A stretch of DNA of 64,000 nt from an uncultured Gemmatimonadales bacterium (lineage in GTDB: Bacteria > Gemmatimonadota > Gemmatimonadetes > Gemmatimonadales > GWC2-71-9), in the NCBI GenBank assembly GCA_963695185.1, contig CAVOGH010000003.1, positions 270,499 to 334,498 on the forward strand. The letters run 5' to 3'. Position 1 is the stretch's first letter. Each line of letters opens with the position of its first letter. Below the pieces are notes generated by a model. That model did no database searches. It saw only the letters and a program-made list of their open reading frames with translations, and had not been told where the DNA came from. This document shows positions 22,449 to 33,334 of the stretch, in pieces. A program made the position numbers and the translations under genes.

Positions 22449-23390
22449 ATGGACTCGCCCACCGAGCGCGCGGAATTCGAGTCGCTGGCCGGCCGGCTGC
22501 CGCCCCAGGTGCTGTTCGGGACCTCCTCCTGGACCTATCCGGGCTGGCAGGGCCTGATCTACCAGCAGGACTATCCCAAGTCGGGGGCCGCGGCGCGGAT
22601 GCTGGCGGAGTACGCCCGGTTTCCGCTGTTCCGCACCGTGGGCATCGATTCCACCTTCTACCGCCCCGCCTCTCCCGCCACCCTCGCCTCCTACGCCCGG
22701 GCGCTGCCGCCCGGCTTCCGCTGTGCCAGCAAGGTGTGGGACCGGATCACGGTGCACACCTTTCCGACCCAGCGCTACAAGAGCGAGGGCGGTGAGCTCA
22801 ACCCCGACTTCCTGGACCCCGGCCTGTTCCGCCAGGAGGTGCTGGACCCCTGCCTGGAGCACTTCGCGGAGCATACCGGTCCGTTCATCTTCGAGTTCCA
22901 GACCATCGCGCGGAGCGCGGGCTTCACGGCCCAGTCCTTTGCCGACCAGCTGGACCGCTTCTTCAGCCAGCTCCCCCGTGAGCCGATGTACGCGGTGGAG
23001 CTCCGTAACGCCGAGTTTCTCACCCCGCCGTACTTCGCGGTGCTGCGCGAACACAACGTGGCGCACACGTTCAACTCGTGGACCCGCATGCCGCCGGTGG
23101 GCGAGCAGGCCGGGCTGCCGGGGGCGTTCAGCGCGCCGTTCGTGGTTGCCCGGATCCTGCTGCGACCGGGGCGGACCTACAACGAGGCGGTGGACGCCTT
23201 CGCGCCGTATGACCGGATCCAGGACCCCAACCCCGAGCTGCGACGGGACGTGGCGCGCCTGATCGAGGCAGCGGTGAAGCTGCGGATCCCGGCCTATATC
23301 CTGGTGAACAATCGCGCGGAGGGGAGCGCGCCGCACACCATCGCGGCGATCGCCAGACTGCTGCTGCCGAAGGAAGACGGCGGAGCCTGA
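22449..23390 (+). CDS. DUF72 (UPF0759) family protein
   Basis: FGTSSWTYPGWQGLIY.., ..FYRP.., ..ELRN..F.. and ..N.RAEGSAP.. blocks are characteristic of DUF72. Confidence 0.7.
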   Translation: MDSPTERAEFESLAGRLPPQVLFGTSSWTYPGWQGLIYQQDYPKSGAAARMLAEYARFPLFRTVGIDSTFYRPASPATLASYARALPPGFRCASKVWDRITVHTFPTQRYKSEGGELNPDFLDPGLFRQEVLDPCLEHFAEHTGPFIFEFQTIARSAGFTAQSFADQLDRFFSQLPREPMYAVELRNAEFLTPPYFAVLREHNVAHTFNSWTRMPPVGEQAGLPGAFSAPFVVARILLRPGRTYNEAVDAFAPYDRIQDPNPELRRDVARLIEAAVKLRIPAYILVNNRAEGSAPHTIAAIARLLLPKEDGGA

Positions 23391-23394
23391 CGGC

Positions 23395-23805
23395 TCAGCT
23401 TTCGGAGGCCGCCTTGCGACGGGAGGGGCCGCGACGCTTGGGTGCGTGGCGCCGCTGGCGGGGGCCGTCGTGATGGGGACTCTGGGCCAGCGCGTGGGCC
23501 GATGCGGCGAACTGGATGGCGCGGGAGGCGGCTTCGCTGCCCTGGATCGTGGCTTCCACCCAGCGGCCGAAGGGCGCGTTCTCGTGGGTCAGGAACGGCC
23601 GGGCGGCGCGGGTGTCGAGGACCGACTGGCGATCCGATTCCGGCAGCTTGAGCACAATGGCTTCATCGAACAGGAACGCGAACATCCGGCCGTTGGTGAA
23701 GAACGCCTCGGCGCCGAACATCCGCTTGGCCGTGACGGCCGGCATCGCACGGATGGCCGCGTCCACGACCATGTGCTTGTCGTTCCTGCTCCGGGCCGAC
23801 GGCAT
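23395..23805 (-). CDS. TfoX/Sxy N-terminal-domain protein
   Basis: ..VTAKRMFGAEAFFTNGRMFAFLFDEAIVLKLPE.. matches the TfoX_N core. ATG 23805 was chosen (MPSARS..). The C-terminal tail is basic. Confidence 0.6.
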   Translation of the reverse strand: MPSARSRNDKHMVVDAAIRAMPAVTAKRMFGAEAFFTNGRMFAFLFDEAIVLKLPESDRQSVLDTRAARPFLTHENAPFGRWVEATIQGSEAASRAIQFAASAHALAQSPHHDGPRQRRHAPKRRGPSRRKAASES

Positions 23806-23926
23806 GCGGTGATCCTCCCCAAGGGAGCCGACCAAAGGCCGGCTAACGTATCACCCGGGCAAGACTCGCGCTAGCCGCACCGGCACCCCGAACAGGCCCC
23901 GTACCGCCGCCCCGGAACGAGCTGCA

Positions 23927-23945
23927 GGCGGGTCATGGACCCGCC
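23927..23945 (-). terminator. Short GC hairpin downstream of ispH
   Basis: GGCGGGTC-ATG-GACCCGCC, a perfect 8-bp stem, 36 nt past the ispH stop. No U-tract. Confidence 0.3.
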
Positions 23946-23980
23946 CGCGACAGCCCGGCCCGCCTGCCCCGATCCGAAGC

Positions 23981-25177
23981 CTATCCCAGGTCCGGCTCCA
24001 CCCCGGCCACGGCGCAGATCCGCAACACCGTCTCGCCGATCTTGTTGTTCGGAGTCGACGCCCCGGCGGTGATCCCGATGGCCGAAGCGCCCTCCAGCCA
24101 GCCGGTAACCGTTTCCTCCGGCGTCTTGATCGCGGGCTGGTGGCGCAGGGTGCCACCGCCGACATCCACCGCGTCGGCGTCCTCGATGTGATAGGTGCGC
24201 ACTCCGCGGCTGCGGCACAGCGCCGCGAGATGGGCAGTGTTGGAGGAGTTGTAACCGCCCACCACGATCATGACATCCGGCGGCTGCTCCAGCAGCTGCA
24301 GCACGGCATCCTGCCGCTCCTGGGTGGCGGAGCAGATCGTGTCGAAGCTGCGGAAGTGCTGCTCGGCGCTCTCGGCGCCCCGGCGGCGGACCACGCTCTG
24401 CCGGACCTCCTCCGCGATGGCCAGCGACTCGCCCGAGAGCATGGTCGTCTGATTGGCGATGCCCACCCGCAGCAGGTCGCGCTGGAAGTCGAATGCCGGT
24501 GACATGGCGTGCCGGAACCGGTCGGCCAGGGCGGCGGCATCGCCGCGGCCTTCGATGAAGTCACACACGGTGCGGGCTTCGGCCATGTCGAATACGACCA
24601 GATACCGGCCGCCGGGGTACTTGGTGACCTGGCTGGCCGTGGCCCGGGTCTCCTCGTGGTAGTGCTTGCCGTGGATCAGCGCGGTGAAGCCGTCCCGGGC
24701 GTAACTCTCCACCCGCTTCCAGACGTTGAGCACCGAGCCGCAGGTGGTGTCCACCAGCACGCAGCCGATCGCCTTGAGCCGGGTGAAGTCGGCCATGGTA
24801 ACCCCGAAGGCCGGCATGATCACCACGTCCTCCGGGGTGATGGCGGAGAAATCGAACTCCTCGCCGGCCCGCCCCAGGATGGTGACTCCCATGGCGATCA
24901 GCTTCAGGTTGACATGCGGGTTGTGGATGATCTCGCCCACCAGGAACAGCCGGCGGTTGGGAAACTGGCGGCGGGTCTCGTAGGCGTACTCCACCGCCCG
25001 GTCCACTCCGTAGCAGAACCCGAACTCACGGGCCAGGCGGAAGGTGAGCGGCCCCGCGGACAGGGTGTAGTCCCCGTTGCGGAGGGCGTCGATCACCGCG
25101 CTGGAATAGTCGGCGGTGAGCTGCCCTTCGATGGCGGCCTTGAGCCCGAAGCCCTTGCGGTAGTAGGTGGAATCCAT
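23981..25177 (-). CDS. ispH: 4-hydroxy-3-methylbut-2-enyl diphosphate reductase (long form)
   Basis: FGFCYGVDRAV.., ..HNPHVN.., ..TCGSVLNVW.. and ..VVGGYNSSNT.. are conserved IspH/LytB blocks including the three Fe-S cysteines. The N-terminal extension is typical of the long-type enzyme. Confidence 0.9.
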   Translation of the reverse strand: MDSTYYRKGFGLKAAIEGQLTADYSSAVIDALRNGDYTLSAGPLTFRLAREFGFCYGVDRAVEYAYETRRQFPNRRLFLVGEIIHNPHVNLKLIAMGVTILGRAGEEFDFSAITPEDVVIMPAFGVTMADFTRLKAIGCVLVDTTCGSVLNVWKRVESYARDGFTALIHGKHYHEETRATASQVTKYPGGRYLVVFDMAEARTVCDFIEGRGDAAALADRFRHAMSPAFDFQRDLLRVGIANQTTMLSGESLAIAEEVRQSVVRRRGAESAEQHFRSFDTICSATQERQDAVLQLLEQPPDVMIVVGGYNSSNTAHLAALCRSRGVRTYHIEDADAVDVGGGTLRHQPAIKTPEETVTGWLEGASAIGITAGASTPNNKIGETVLRICAVAGVEPDLG

Positions 25178-25186
25178 GGCGGGAAA

Positions 25187-25705
25187 CTACCCGGTCGGGA
25201 CGGCGCTGGGCAGCGAATCCGACGGGCACGCCCCCGGGAGGATCTCCTTCAGCGTGCCGGTGAGGCGGATCCGCTTGGCACCGTCCAGCGATTGCAGCCG
25301 GAAGCCGAAGCGCGCCGAGAGGCGGGCCCCCGTGGTCTCGAGCACCATGGCGCCGGAGTCACTCCGGTACCCATCGATAGCCTGCTCGGTGAACCAGCGC
25401 ACCGCCGCGGCGACGGCGGGGCGTACCACCGTATCGGTCCCGGGGTTGAAGACCGGGAACTCGCCTGCAAGGAGCGTGTCCACCGGGTAGAGCACAAACC
25501 CGATTCCGAAATCATCCTGCACCAGGGTCACCTCCAGCCGCTGGGCATCCCGGCACCAGACCGTGACCGGGGACGCGGAGACCTTGCCGGTGTCCGCCCC
25601 GATCCACGAGGCAGATAGTTCTCCCTTGCCGGCGGATGCGCCGCACGCGGCCAGCAGCGCGGCCAGCGCGGCCGGCACGGCGGCGGGGTGGAGGCGAAGC
25701 GTCAT
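25187..25705 (-). CDS. Lipoprotein, hypothetical
   Basis: Signal peptide plus lipobox ALLAAC. No family recognised. Confidence 0.5.
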   Translation of the reverse strand: MTLRLHPAAVPAALAALLAACGASAGKGELSASWIGADTGKVSASPVTVWCRDAQRLEVTLVQDDFGIGFVLYPVDTLLAGEFPVFNPGTDTVVRPAVAAAVRWFTEQAIDGYRSDSGAMVLETTGARLSARFGFRLQSLDGAKRIRLTGTLKEILPGACPSDSLPSAVPTG

Positions 25706-25760
25706 GGCGGTGAACCTAGGCGCTGGCCTTGAGTGACGGTAGGCCCGGACGAGCCGTCAC

Positions 25761-26348
25761 TCAAAAGCGATAGCCGAGCCCGGCGCCGATCACCCAGGGG
25801 TTGATCTCGAGCTGGTACACCGTGCTTCCGCCGGATTCGATCTCGGTCTGGACACCCAGGTACTTGAGATCCACGTTGAACACGCCGCGGCGGCCCAGCG
25901 GCACATCCACACCACCCTGGAGCGCCCAACCGAGGCTGCTGCCGAGGTCGAGGGTTTCGAGGCCGCCGCTGTGGGCGTAGAAGATGGCCAGGTTGGCGCC
26001 GGCGCCGAGGTAGGGCCGAAAGCGGCCGTCGCGGAGCGGGCGGACCTGCAGCAGCAGGGTTGGCGGCAGGAGGCGGACAGAGCCGAGACTATTGTCTCCC
26101 ACCCGCAGCTCGTGGCCCAGGGTGGCAACGGCCAGCTCCAGCGCCAGCAACGGCGACAGGTGTCGGGTCACGTCAAGCTCGATGGTCGCGTCGGTGCCGA
26201 CATCGAGGCCGGACGGATCCGAGGAGGCGTCGGGGGCCACGACGATCACCCGGGAGCGCACCAGCCAGCCGGTGTCCTGTGCGGCGGCGGTCGCGATGCC
26301 CAGCACCATGAGCAGGGCCACGGCCGCCCCGATACGATAGGAGCGCAT
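25761..26348 (-). CDS. ompW: OmpW-family outer-membrane protein
   Basis: ATG 26348 (MRSYRIGAAVALLMVLGIATAAAQ signal peptide). Eight-strand-barrel pattern with C-terminal ..NPWVIGAGLGYRF. Confidence 0.8.
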   Translation of the reverse strand: MRSYRIGAAVALLMVLGIATAAAQDTGWLVRSRVIVVAPDASSDPSGLDVGTDATIELDVTRHLSPLLALELAVATLGHELRVGDNSLGSVRLLPPTLLLQVRPLRDGRFRPYLGAGANLAIFYAHSGGLETLDLGSSLGWALQGGVDVPLGRRGVFNVDLKYLGVQTEIESGGSTVYQLEINPWVIGAGLGYRF

Positions 26349-26410
26349 CGTTCTCACTTGCCAAATGGTAGCTGCCACACACGCACTCGCACCAGCCCGA
26401 GTCGCCGAGT

Positions 26411-28612
26411 CTAGAACAGCCCCCGGACGCTCAGATCAAACCGCAGTCCGTCCCCGCCGTCGGTGATCGGATGGCTCAGGTCCATGCGCAGGAGGCCACC
26501 GAAGAAGGCCACGCCCACGCCGCCGCCCGCAATCACCGGGGATTCGAACAGCCGGGCCGTGGTCGCGGCCTGCCCGGCGTCCACGAAGGCGACCGGCCGC
26601 ACCAGTCCCCGGGTGAGCGGCAGGTCCAGCTGGGCGGCCCAGAAGGCCTGCCCCCGGCGCTCGCCATAGCCGAAGCCGCGAACCGTGCCAATCCCGCCGG
26701 CCCGGAACGCCTGCTGCGGCATCGGCTGATCGGTGGTGATCCCCGCCCGCAGCCCGAGCGACGGACTCGCGCGGCGGCGGAGCAGCGCGTGATCCACACT
26801 GGCGAAGAGCCGGGCGGTGCCATCCCGGGCGTTGCCGAGCGCATCGGCGCCCACCCGCCAGCGGGTGCGCAGCGCGCCGCCGTCCACGGTGACCGCGGCT
26901 CCCCAGAAGCCGCCTTCGGTCACCGGCGGGTTACCGGGGAACCGTCCGCTGCCACCGAGAAAGTCGTTGACGGGCGATCCCGCATCCCGCCTCACACTCC
27001 GCTGGTCTTCGAAGAAGGCCGAGGTGCGGAGCTCGACGCCCCGGCCGAGCGAGCCTTCCCGCAGCAAGCGGACGCCGTGGGTCAGGTGGTAATCGGCGTC
27101 GTCGTGCGCCACGAAGATGGCATTGAGGCTGTTGCCGAGGGCGTTGCCCCGGCCGAAGGGATCGGCGGACCTCACCTCGCGCCAGCCCATGAGTGACCAG
27201 CGGGCCCCCGGCGCCTCCCGCACTACGGTGAGGCCTCCCACCAGCCGCTGGTCGCCCAGCCCGAAACGCAGCTCTCCCTTGAGATGGGTGAAGGGATCCC
27301 AGGGGAGCTGCACCTGATAGTTAAGCCCGGGGACGGAGCCCTGCACCCGGTTGTACCGCAGCATGTCGGGGATCCGCTCCCAGCTGAAGCCGTGGCGCGG
27401 GCGGCCGGTGAGTTCCGCCGGCAGCCCCGCCGCCATCCGCTCGAGGTCCGACTGCAGCTCCCGCACCGCCCGATCGTCGGCGGGGTCCTCGTTGAGGACC
27501 ATGGCATCCTCCCACGCGGCGTACGCCTGCAGGGAATCTCCGGGCGCGCGATGGATCTCGTAGCGGCCATCCGACCACGCGCCCCAATCATCGCGCGCCG
27601 GCAGCTGCTCCGGGCGGTCTCTCTCCTCGCGCCGGTGCCGGCGCCGGCGCTCCACGCGCAGTGAGTCGCGCGCGGCCTCCGATAGCGCCACCATGGTGTC
27701 GGGATCGGCCGGTGACGGATTCTGAAAGATGATGCTCCGGCCGGTGTTGATCTCGTAGTGGTCGAAGGTGGTCCGGGCTTCGAAGGGGACCACCAGCTCT
27801 CCCAGCCACGGCAGCTCCAGGCGGCCTGCCACGACCTGCCGGTAGGGCATCCAGTGCCGCTCTTCCTGGAGGGCGTACTCGAGGTCGGCATCCAGGGTGA
27901 GCACCCGGCTGAGGATCCGGTTGATGCGCCGGTCCTCGCCGCTCACCGCTTCGCCCTCATCGGGATCGAGCCAGAGCGCGGTGCCGACAAAGCGGAAGCT
28001 GAATCGGACCAGTGCCGAGCTCTCGGCATCGAGCCACAGCCGGCCGGCCACCTGCGATGGGCCGTTCTTTCGCGGACGGACTTCCACCGCGAGGAGCCGG
28101 ATGCGGCGGCCCTCGGGCGTACTGATCTGCACGCTGTCGCTCAGCCGGTAGCTGTACCAGCTGGCGCCATCCGCGGCGAGCGGATGCACGGCCGCCTGGG
28201 GTGGGATCTCGTTGCCGAAGACCCGGATGGAATCGCCGAGCGCGCGGGGCACAAACCAGGGCCGGTCGAAGCTGCTCATGAGGCGGATGTCGCGTGAGCG
28301 GGCCGCCGCGCGCCGGCCCAGGATCTCGACCCGGAGATCGTTGGGCGCGGTCCACTGGACGGTGCCCTCCTGCTCCTCCGCCGCCGCGTTGGGAACCTCG
28401 GCCCAGCGCCGCCGCCCCAGCCCGAACGACAACCGGTAGCGGAACTTGGCCTGGTAGTCCTTCAGGCTCGAGTCGGCGCTGCCGTGGCGGGCCACCGCGC
28501 GCTCGATGAGCTGCCGGGTGGCGGCATTGGCGTAGGGCAGCGTATCGGCCGGGAGCGCCGCGCTCGCGGCCGCGGCCGCCAGCAGGAGTGCAATCACGGG
28601 CGGGGTCGCCAA
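26411..28612 (-). CDS. Omp85/surface-antigen (D15)-family outer-membrane beta-barrel protein
   Basis: Signal peptide MATPPVIALLLAAAAASAA. The C-terminal ~300 aa have alternating beta-strand patterns, Gly/aromatic girdles and a terminal ..DLSVRGLF. Its TAG stop is followed directly by an ACTCGGCGACTCGGG array. Confidence 0.55.
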   Translation of the reverse strand: MATPPVIALLLAAAAASAALPADTLPYANAATRQLIERAVARHGSADSSLKDYQAKFRYRLSFGLGRRRWAEVPNAAAEEQEGTVQWTAPNDLRVEILGRRAAARSRDIRLMSSFDRPWFVPRALGDSIRVFGNEIPPQAAVHPLAADGASWYSYRLSDSVQISTPEGRRIRLLAVEVRPRKNGPSQVAGRLWLDAESSALVRFSFRFVGTALWLDPDEGEAVSGEDRRINRILSRVLTLDADLEYALQEERHWMPYRQVVAGRLELPWLGELVVPFEARTTFDHYEINTGRSIIFQNPSPADPDTMVALSEAARDSLRVERRRRHRREERDRPEQLPARDDWGAWSDGRYEIHRAPGDSLQAYAAWEDAMVLNEDPADDRAVRELQSDLERMAAGLPAELTGRPRHGFSWERIPDMLRYNRVQGSVPGLNYQVQLPWDPFTHLKGELRFGLGDQRLVGGLTVVREAPGARWSLMGWREVRSADPFGRGNALGNSLNAIFVAHDDADYHLTHGVRLLREGSLGRGVELRTSAFFEDQRSVRRDAGSPVNDFLGGSGRFPGNPPVTEGGFWGAAVTVDGGALRTRWRVGADALGNARDGTARLFASVDHALLRRRASPSLGLRAGITTDQPMPQQAFRAGGIGTVRGFGYGERRGQAFWAAQLDLPLTRGLVRPVAFVDAGQAATTARLFESPVIAGGGVGVAFFGGLLRMDLSHPITDGGDGLRFDLSVRGLF

Positions 28613-28672
28613 AACGCCCCGGCCCCGCGGCGAGGTGCCGTGGGGCCGGGGGTGGGACGCGAACAGGATGCG

Positions 28673-29146
28673 TCAGGCGATTTCTTCGACATCGGCTCCG
28701 TTGCGGGCCCAGCGGGTCCGGCCGTCCCGGTGCAGGCCGTAGGCCTTGAGCCGCCGCCATAGCGTGGTGCGGCTGATGCCGAGGTGCTTGGCGGTCTCCG
28801 CCAGCTTCCAGCCATGGGCATCCAGCGTCCGGACAATGGCGTCCTTCTCCCGGTCTGCCAGGGTGGTGGGACCTTCCAGCCCGGGGATGAATATCGCTTC
28901 TCCCAGCTCCATGGCCCCGATGCGCAGGGGCCGCAGCCGGCCGCCCATGGCGGCCAGGCGGGGCATCAGGGTCTGGGCCTCTTCCTCGGATTGCTCCAGG
29001 GTGGCAAGCGCCTCCCGGGCCGGGGCGTTTGCGTAGACCACCTTGCCCTGGGGATCAAATACGACGACGCCTTCACTGAAACCGTCCAGCAGGGCCTTGG
29101 CCAGCGGGGAGAACACCGAAGGGGTGGACGTATGTGTATCCGGCAT
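28673..29146 (-). CDS. PAS-like sensor fused to Fis-type HTH DNA-binding domain
   Basis: N-terminal ..LLDGFSEGVVVFDPQGKVVYANAPAREAL.. is PAS-like. C-terminal ..EKDAIVRTLDAHGWKLAETAKHLGISRTTLWRRLKAYG is the HTH_8/Fis type. Confidence 0.7.
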   Translation of the reverse strand: MPDTHTSTPSVFSPLAKALLDGFSEGVVVFDPQGKVVYANAPAREALATLEQSEEEAQTLMPRLAAMGGRLRPLRIGAMELGEAIFIPGLEGPTTLADREKDAIVRTLDAHGWKLAETAKHLGISRTTLWRRLKAYGLHRDGRTRWARNGADVEEIA

Positions 29147-29192
29147 ATGGTCGGCCTACGGCTCGGGTTTGGCAGGGGTTTCAGACAACGCC

Positions 29193-30134
29193 CTATGCCC
29201 CCATAGACGAGTGAGGTGGTGGGGGATTGGACAACACCCCCCGTTCACCGCCCCTCCCCCCCACGGGCTCCTCGGCCGCCTCGGCCCGGATCACCAGGCC
29301 CAGGCCCAGGAAGATCGTGAGCCCGGCCATGATGGTCCGCGCCGACAAACCCTCGTTCGGGAGGACGAAAGGAGCGGCCATCGAGGCCAGGAACGGCTGC
29401 AGGTAGACGAACGCCGCGACGGTATTTGACGACGTCCGGCGGAGGGCCCAGAGGTTCAGGAAATAGGCGGCGACGGTGGGACCCAGCACAAGGTACGCCG
29501 CCAGCCACCAGATGGTTCGGCTGGCCTCGACCGGTGCCGCCAGCGCCGGTACCGCCAGCGGCGCCACCCCGATGGAAGCAAAGATCATGACGTAGGTGCC
29601 CACGGTCACGGAGTCGTGCCTGACCAGGAGCGGCTTGGAGACGAGGAAGTAGGCGGCATAGCAGATCATGCCGAGCAGGATCGCCAGATTGCCGAGCGCC
29701 ACTCCGGGGGCGAAGGTCAGCCGGTCGGGGCCGACCAGATAGATGGCCCCCGCCGCCGCCAGCCCGATTCCGGCCAGCTTACCCGGAGAGGGACGCTCCA
29801 GCCCGAGCAGCAGTGACCCGAGCACGGTGAACACCGGGACGGTGGTCACCAGGATCGTGGCATTGACCGCGGTCGAATGGGCCAGCCCATAGAGGAACAG
29901 GGCCTGATTCATGGTCACGCCCAGGAGACCCGAGACCGCCAGCCGCCACAGGGTGCCGCGGTCCCTGATCCAGGGTCCACGGCGGATCAGCTGAACCAGG
30001 ATCAGGGCGCCGGCCGCGCCGAAAATCCGGATGCCCACCAACCGGGCCGGGCCCAGCTCGGGCAGGACCAGCCGGCCGATGACGGCCAGGCTGGCGAAGA
30101 ACACCTGCACTACCACGAGGGCGAAGGCGGTCAC
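29193..30134 (-). CDS. EamA/DMT-superfamily transporter
   Basis: Ten predicted TM helices as two EamA repeats. The start overlaps the upstream stop by 4 nt. Confidence 0.75.
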   Translation of the reverse strand: MTAFALVVVQVFFASLAVIGRLVLPELGPARLVGIRIFGAAGALILVQLIRRGPWIRDRGTLWRLAVSGLLGVTMNQALFLYGLAHSTAVNATILVTTVPVFTVLGSLLLGLERPSPGKLAGIGLAAAGAIYLVGPDRLTFAPGVALGNLAILLGMICYAAYFLVSKPLLVRHDSVTVGTYVMIFASIGVAPLAVPALAAPVEASRTIWWLAAYLVLGPTVAAYFLNLWALRRTSSNTVAAFVYLQPFLASMAAPFVLPNEGLSARTIMAGLTIFLGLGLVIRAEAAEEPVGGRGGERGVLSNPPPPHSSMGA

Positions 30135-32693
30135 CGCCGCCGCCGATGCTTGGGGGAGCGGAGTCGCGCCCGCCGCTCTTCCCGGCCGGCCCCCTCCATG
30201 GCCTCGGCCAGGCCTTCGAGCGTGTCCGCCTCGAGCGACGGCCGGCTCCCCCGCACCACCGCAAACCGGAGCGGCCGGTCGAGCCGGGGCAGGTCCTGCG
30301 GCTTGAGCCGGCGGGCCTGTCCCTCTCGGAGGTGGAGGCGGACCACCCCGGTCCCGTTCTCCACCTCATAATGAAGGGGGAGGGTGTCACCGAACAGCCG
30401 GATGCTGCCCGGTAGGCCCGCCAGCCGGACTCGCTCGGTCTCCGGGACTGCCGCGACCGGATCCACCTCGAGCGAGGTGCCGAGAAAGGTCTGCCAGCCG
30501 GTCACGCCGCCGAGCTGCTCGACCAGCCGGGCGCGAACGGCCGCGGGGGCGAGCCCGTCCAGCCGGCCGCCCGATCGGCGCCACAGCTCACCGGCCTCCG
30601 CGGCGGCGCGGCGCACCCGGGCCTGGCTGGGATGGGTGGTCTCGCCGGCGAGGAGGGCGGCGGCCAGTGCGTCGCGAAGGGCCGGCTGCAGCTCCGGTGG
30701 AGCATCACCCTCGAGCGGCTCCACCAGCGTGTCCAGCTCGAAGCCGAAGTACCACAGCCGCTGGCGCTGCACGACGTGCTGGTGTTTCCTGGGACCGGCC
30801 ACCGCGAACTCCGCGGCCCCGCGCCGGGCATAGCGCCGGACCAGCTCGTAGGGGATGGTGGTGCCCTCGATGGCGGCGCGCGCCACCCCGAAGCGGTCGG
30901 CGAAGAACCGGAGGTTGCCCGCCACCGCGCCCCAGCTGCCCGCCACCGAGTTGCGCGAGACCCGCGCCTCCTGGCCGTCCGCGGTATGCTCATCCATGAC
31001 CAGGCTGAAGGGCATGAAGCGGGCGAGCAGGTCCGTCCACGCCTCACGCAGTTCGCGCCCGGCGTAGGGCAGCTTGAGCGGCAGCGACTCATCCAGCGCG
31101 CGGTAGACCGAGGCGGTACCCAGCGCGATATCCTCGATCGCCTTGACCAGCACACCCCGGCCCTCGGCCCACTCGGCGAGGCCCTCCTCGTCGAAGAGGT
31201 GCCGCGGCAGGCCGTACACCGAGCCCAGCCGGCCGTGCCGGTTCACCGCCTCGGCGAAGAGATTGTAGGCGGTCAGGTGGTCGCTGCCGTTGACCCGCAC
31301 GCCCTCGATGTCGCGCTCCTCGCGCGTCATGCGGTGCAGCGAGTCGATGTTGGAGCAGACGGCGACGACCGGGGTGAGGTCCGCCCCGGCGTGCACCAGC
31401 AGCTCACCCCAGGCCCGGTCCACCGGCAGCGCCTCGACCTCCCGGCCGTACGGGGTGAGCCGGCCGTCCTCCACCAGGCCGCGATCGGTGAGCAGCGCCA
31501 GGGACTTGCGGTAGGCGGTGCGATCGAGCGCCACCGGCAGGTCCAGCTCGGTGGCGTCCACCCCGAGGGCCGCACAGGTGACCGCCACCCGCTCCGCGTC
31601 GCCGGCGAGCTGGAATTCCGGCGGCGTCGGCCGGAGCTTCTCGAAGACCAGGTCGCGGTCGGTCAGGATGTAGACCTCGCCCCCCGCCACCCGGCCGTGC
31701 ACCCGCCCGGCCATCTGCAGGATCTCGTTGGGGCCGAGGTACAGCCGGTGCAGCACGTTGCGGCCGCGGTCCACCACGTTGGCGTAGCGGGCGTCGTAGA
31801 TCACCACGGTGTCCAGCCCACGCACATTCAGCGCGGACTGCCCCGCCGCGGTCATGGCCAGCAGGAAGGGATGCGCCACCTCCCCTTCGAGGAAGGGGCG
31901 GATCACCCGGATCGGCTCGCCGCCGTGATAGAACGCGGCGCTGAGCCTCGGCCAGCGTGCCCCAAGACCCCGCGCCAGCTGCTCCACCTCCGCCCGGGTG
32001 GGCACGAACACGGCGACGCCGCGCTTCTCCTTGATCATGTGCCGCATGAAGCGGTCGTCGAAGAACTCCTCGGCCCGCTTCGGCATCACCCGGACGCGGG
32101 CCCGGAGCCTCGGGTCGAAGGCGGTGGTCTCCAGGACCTCGGCCGAGTCGAGGTAGTTGGCGTAGAAGGCCGGGTCCACGGTGGCGGAGAGCCAGATGAA
32201 GCGGCAGCCGGCGCGCTTGCCGAGCGCCAGGCAGAGCTCGAGCTCCGCGGAAGTCTGGTGGATCTCGTCGGCGATGATCGTGTCCAGGCGCGTGATCAGG
32301 TTGTCCTCGAACCAGCGGCGGGCGATGCCGGTGGTGACGATGACGACGTTCCAGCTCGGGCGTCTCGGGGGTGGCCTCGCGCTCGCGGTTGACCACCCCG
32401 ACCCGCAGCGGTGCCTGCAGGATGGACTCGGCGATGGGGCGGATGCCCAGGGTCTTGCCGGTCCCGGTGCCCGCCACGATGCCGAAGCCCTTGCCCGAGG
32501 CGGCGAGGGCCCGCAGCTCGGCGCCATGTTCCTTTTCCAGAGTGGTCTCGATGCCGGTGAGGCCCAGCGCGAGCTCGATGGTCTCGCAGGCGGCGCGGGT
32601 GGGGGCGATGACGATCACCCGGCCACGGGGGTGATCCGCCCGGCGGTAGGCCTCGGGGTCGGGCGGCAGGAGGTGGTCGCGGGACGGATGCAC
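30131..32693 (-). CDS. DEAH-box ATP-dependent helicase (HrpA/HrpB-like), one frameshift in this assembly
   Basis: The N-terminal part lies in the 31404-32969 track frame (..GFGIVAGTGTGKTLG.., Walker A). The rest lies in the 30131-32527 frame (..IIADEIHQTS.. DEIH box, ..LSATVD.., ..AMTAAGQSALNV.., ..QMAGRVHGR..). The frames join near 32335-32350. GTG start at 32693 after an AAGGAGG-free leader, so the 5' end is approximate. Confidence 0.75.
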
Positions 32694-32792
32694 ACTTGAA
32701 TGTAAGGAGGACCGCCACCCCCGTGTCCGGACCGCCGGGGCCCGGCTATCTTTTTTGAACCTCCTGCCCCGAAGGCGACCCCAGGCCTTTTC

Positions 32793-33254
32793 ATGCGTCG
32801 GATTCTCCCCGTTGTCGCAATCGTGCTGCTTGGGAGCGTCCAGCCCCTGGCGGGGCAGTCCACCGTCACCGGCGTCCGCGACCTGGCCTTCGGGGCTGTG
32901 ATCCGAGGGATTCCCACTGCAGTGTCGCCCAACGATCCGATCCGCAGCGGCCGGTTCTACGTGCGGCATCGCATCAACCGGCAGGTCCAGGTGCGCTTCA
33001 CCCTGCCGACCCAGCTGGCCCGGGTGGGCGGCGGCGGCAACCTCCCCATCAGCTTCTCGACGACCGACGCGATCGCGCAGGGCACCGCCCCGACCAGCAA
33101 TCCCGTCACCTTCAATCCGAACGTTGCCCGCACCTTCAACCTGGTCACCAGCGCCGACTTCTTCGTGAACCTCGGTGGCCGGGTTTCCCCGGCTGCCAAC
33201 CAGGCGACCGGGAATTACCGCGGGACGATCGTCCTCACCTGCACCTTCTACTAG
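32793..33254 (+). CDS. Secreted pilus-subunit-like protein (DUF4402 / spore-coat-U-like), paralogue 1
   Basis: Signal peptide MRRILPVVAIVLLGSVQPLAGQ. DLAFG.. N-terminal strand and C-terminal ..GNYRGTIVLTCTFY. Roughly 65% identical by eye to 34536-34997. Confidence 0.55.
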   Translation: MRRILPVVAIVLLGSVQPLAGQSTVTGVRDLAFGAVIRGIPTAVSPNDPIRSGRFYVRHRINRQVQVRFTLPTQLARVGGGGNLPISFSTTDAIAQGTAPTSNPVTFNPNVARTFNLVTSADFFVNLGGRVSPAANQATGNYRGTIVLTCTFY

Positions 33255-33334
33255 ACATCAGCTGATTGGCGGGCGCACCAAAGTGACGGCGGAGGCGCCG
33301 TTGGCGGCCGCACGCGCTGCAGCCGGCCCGGCGG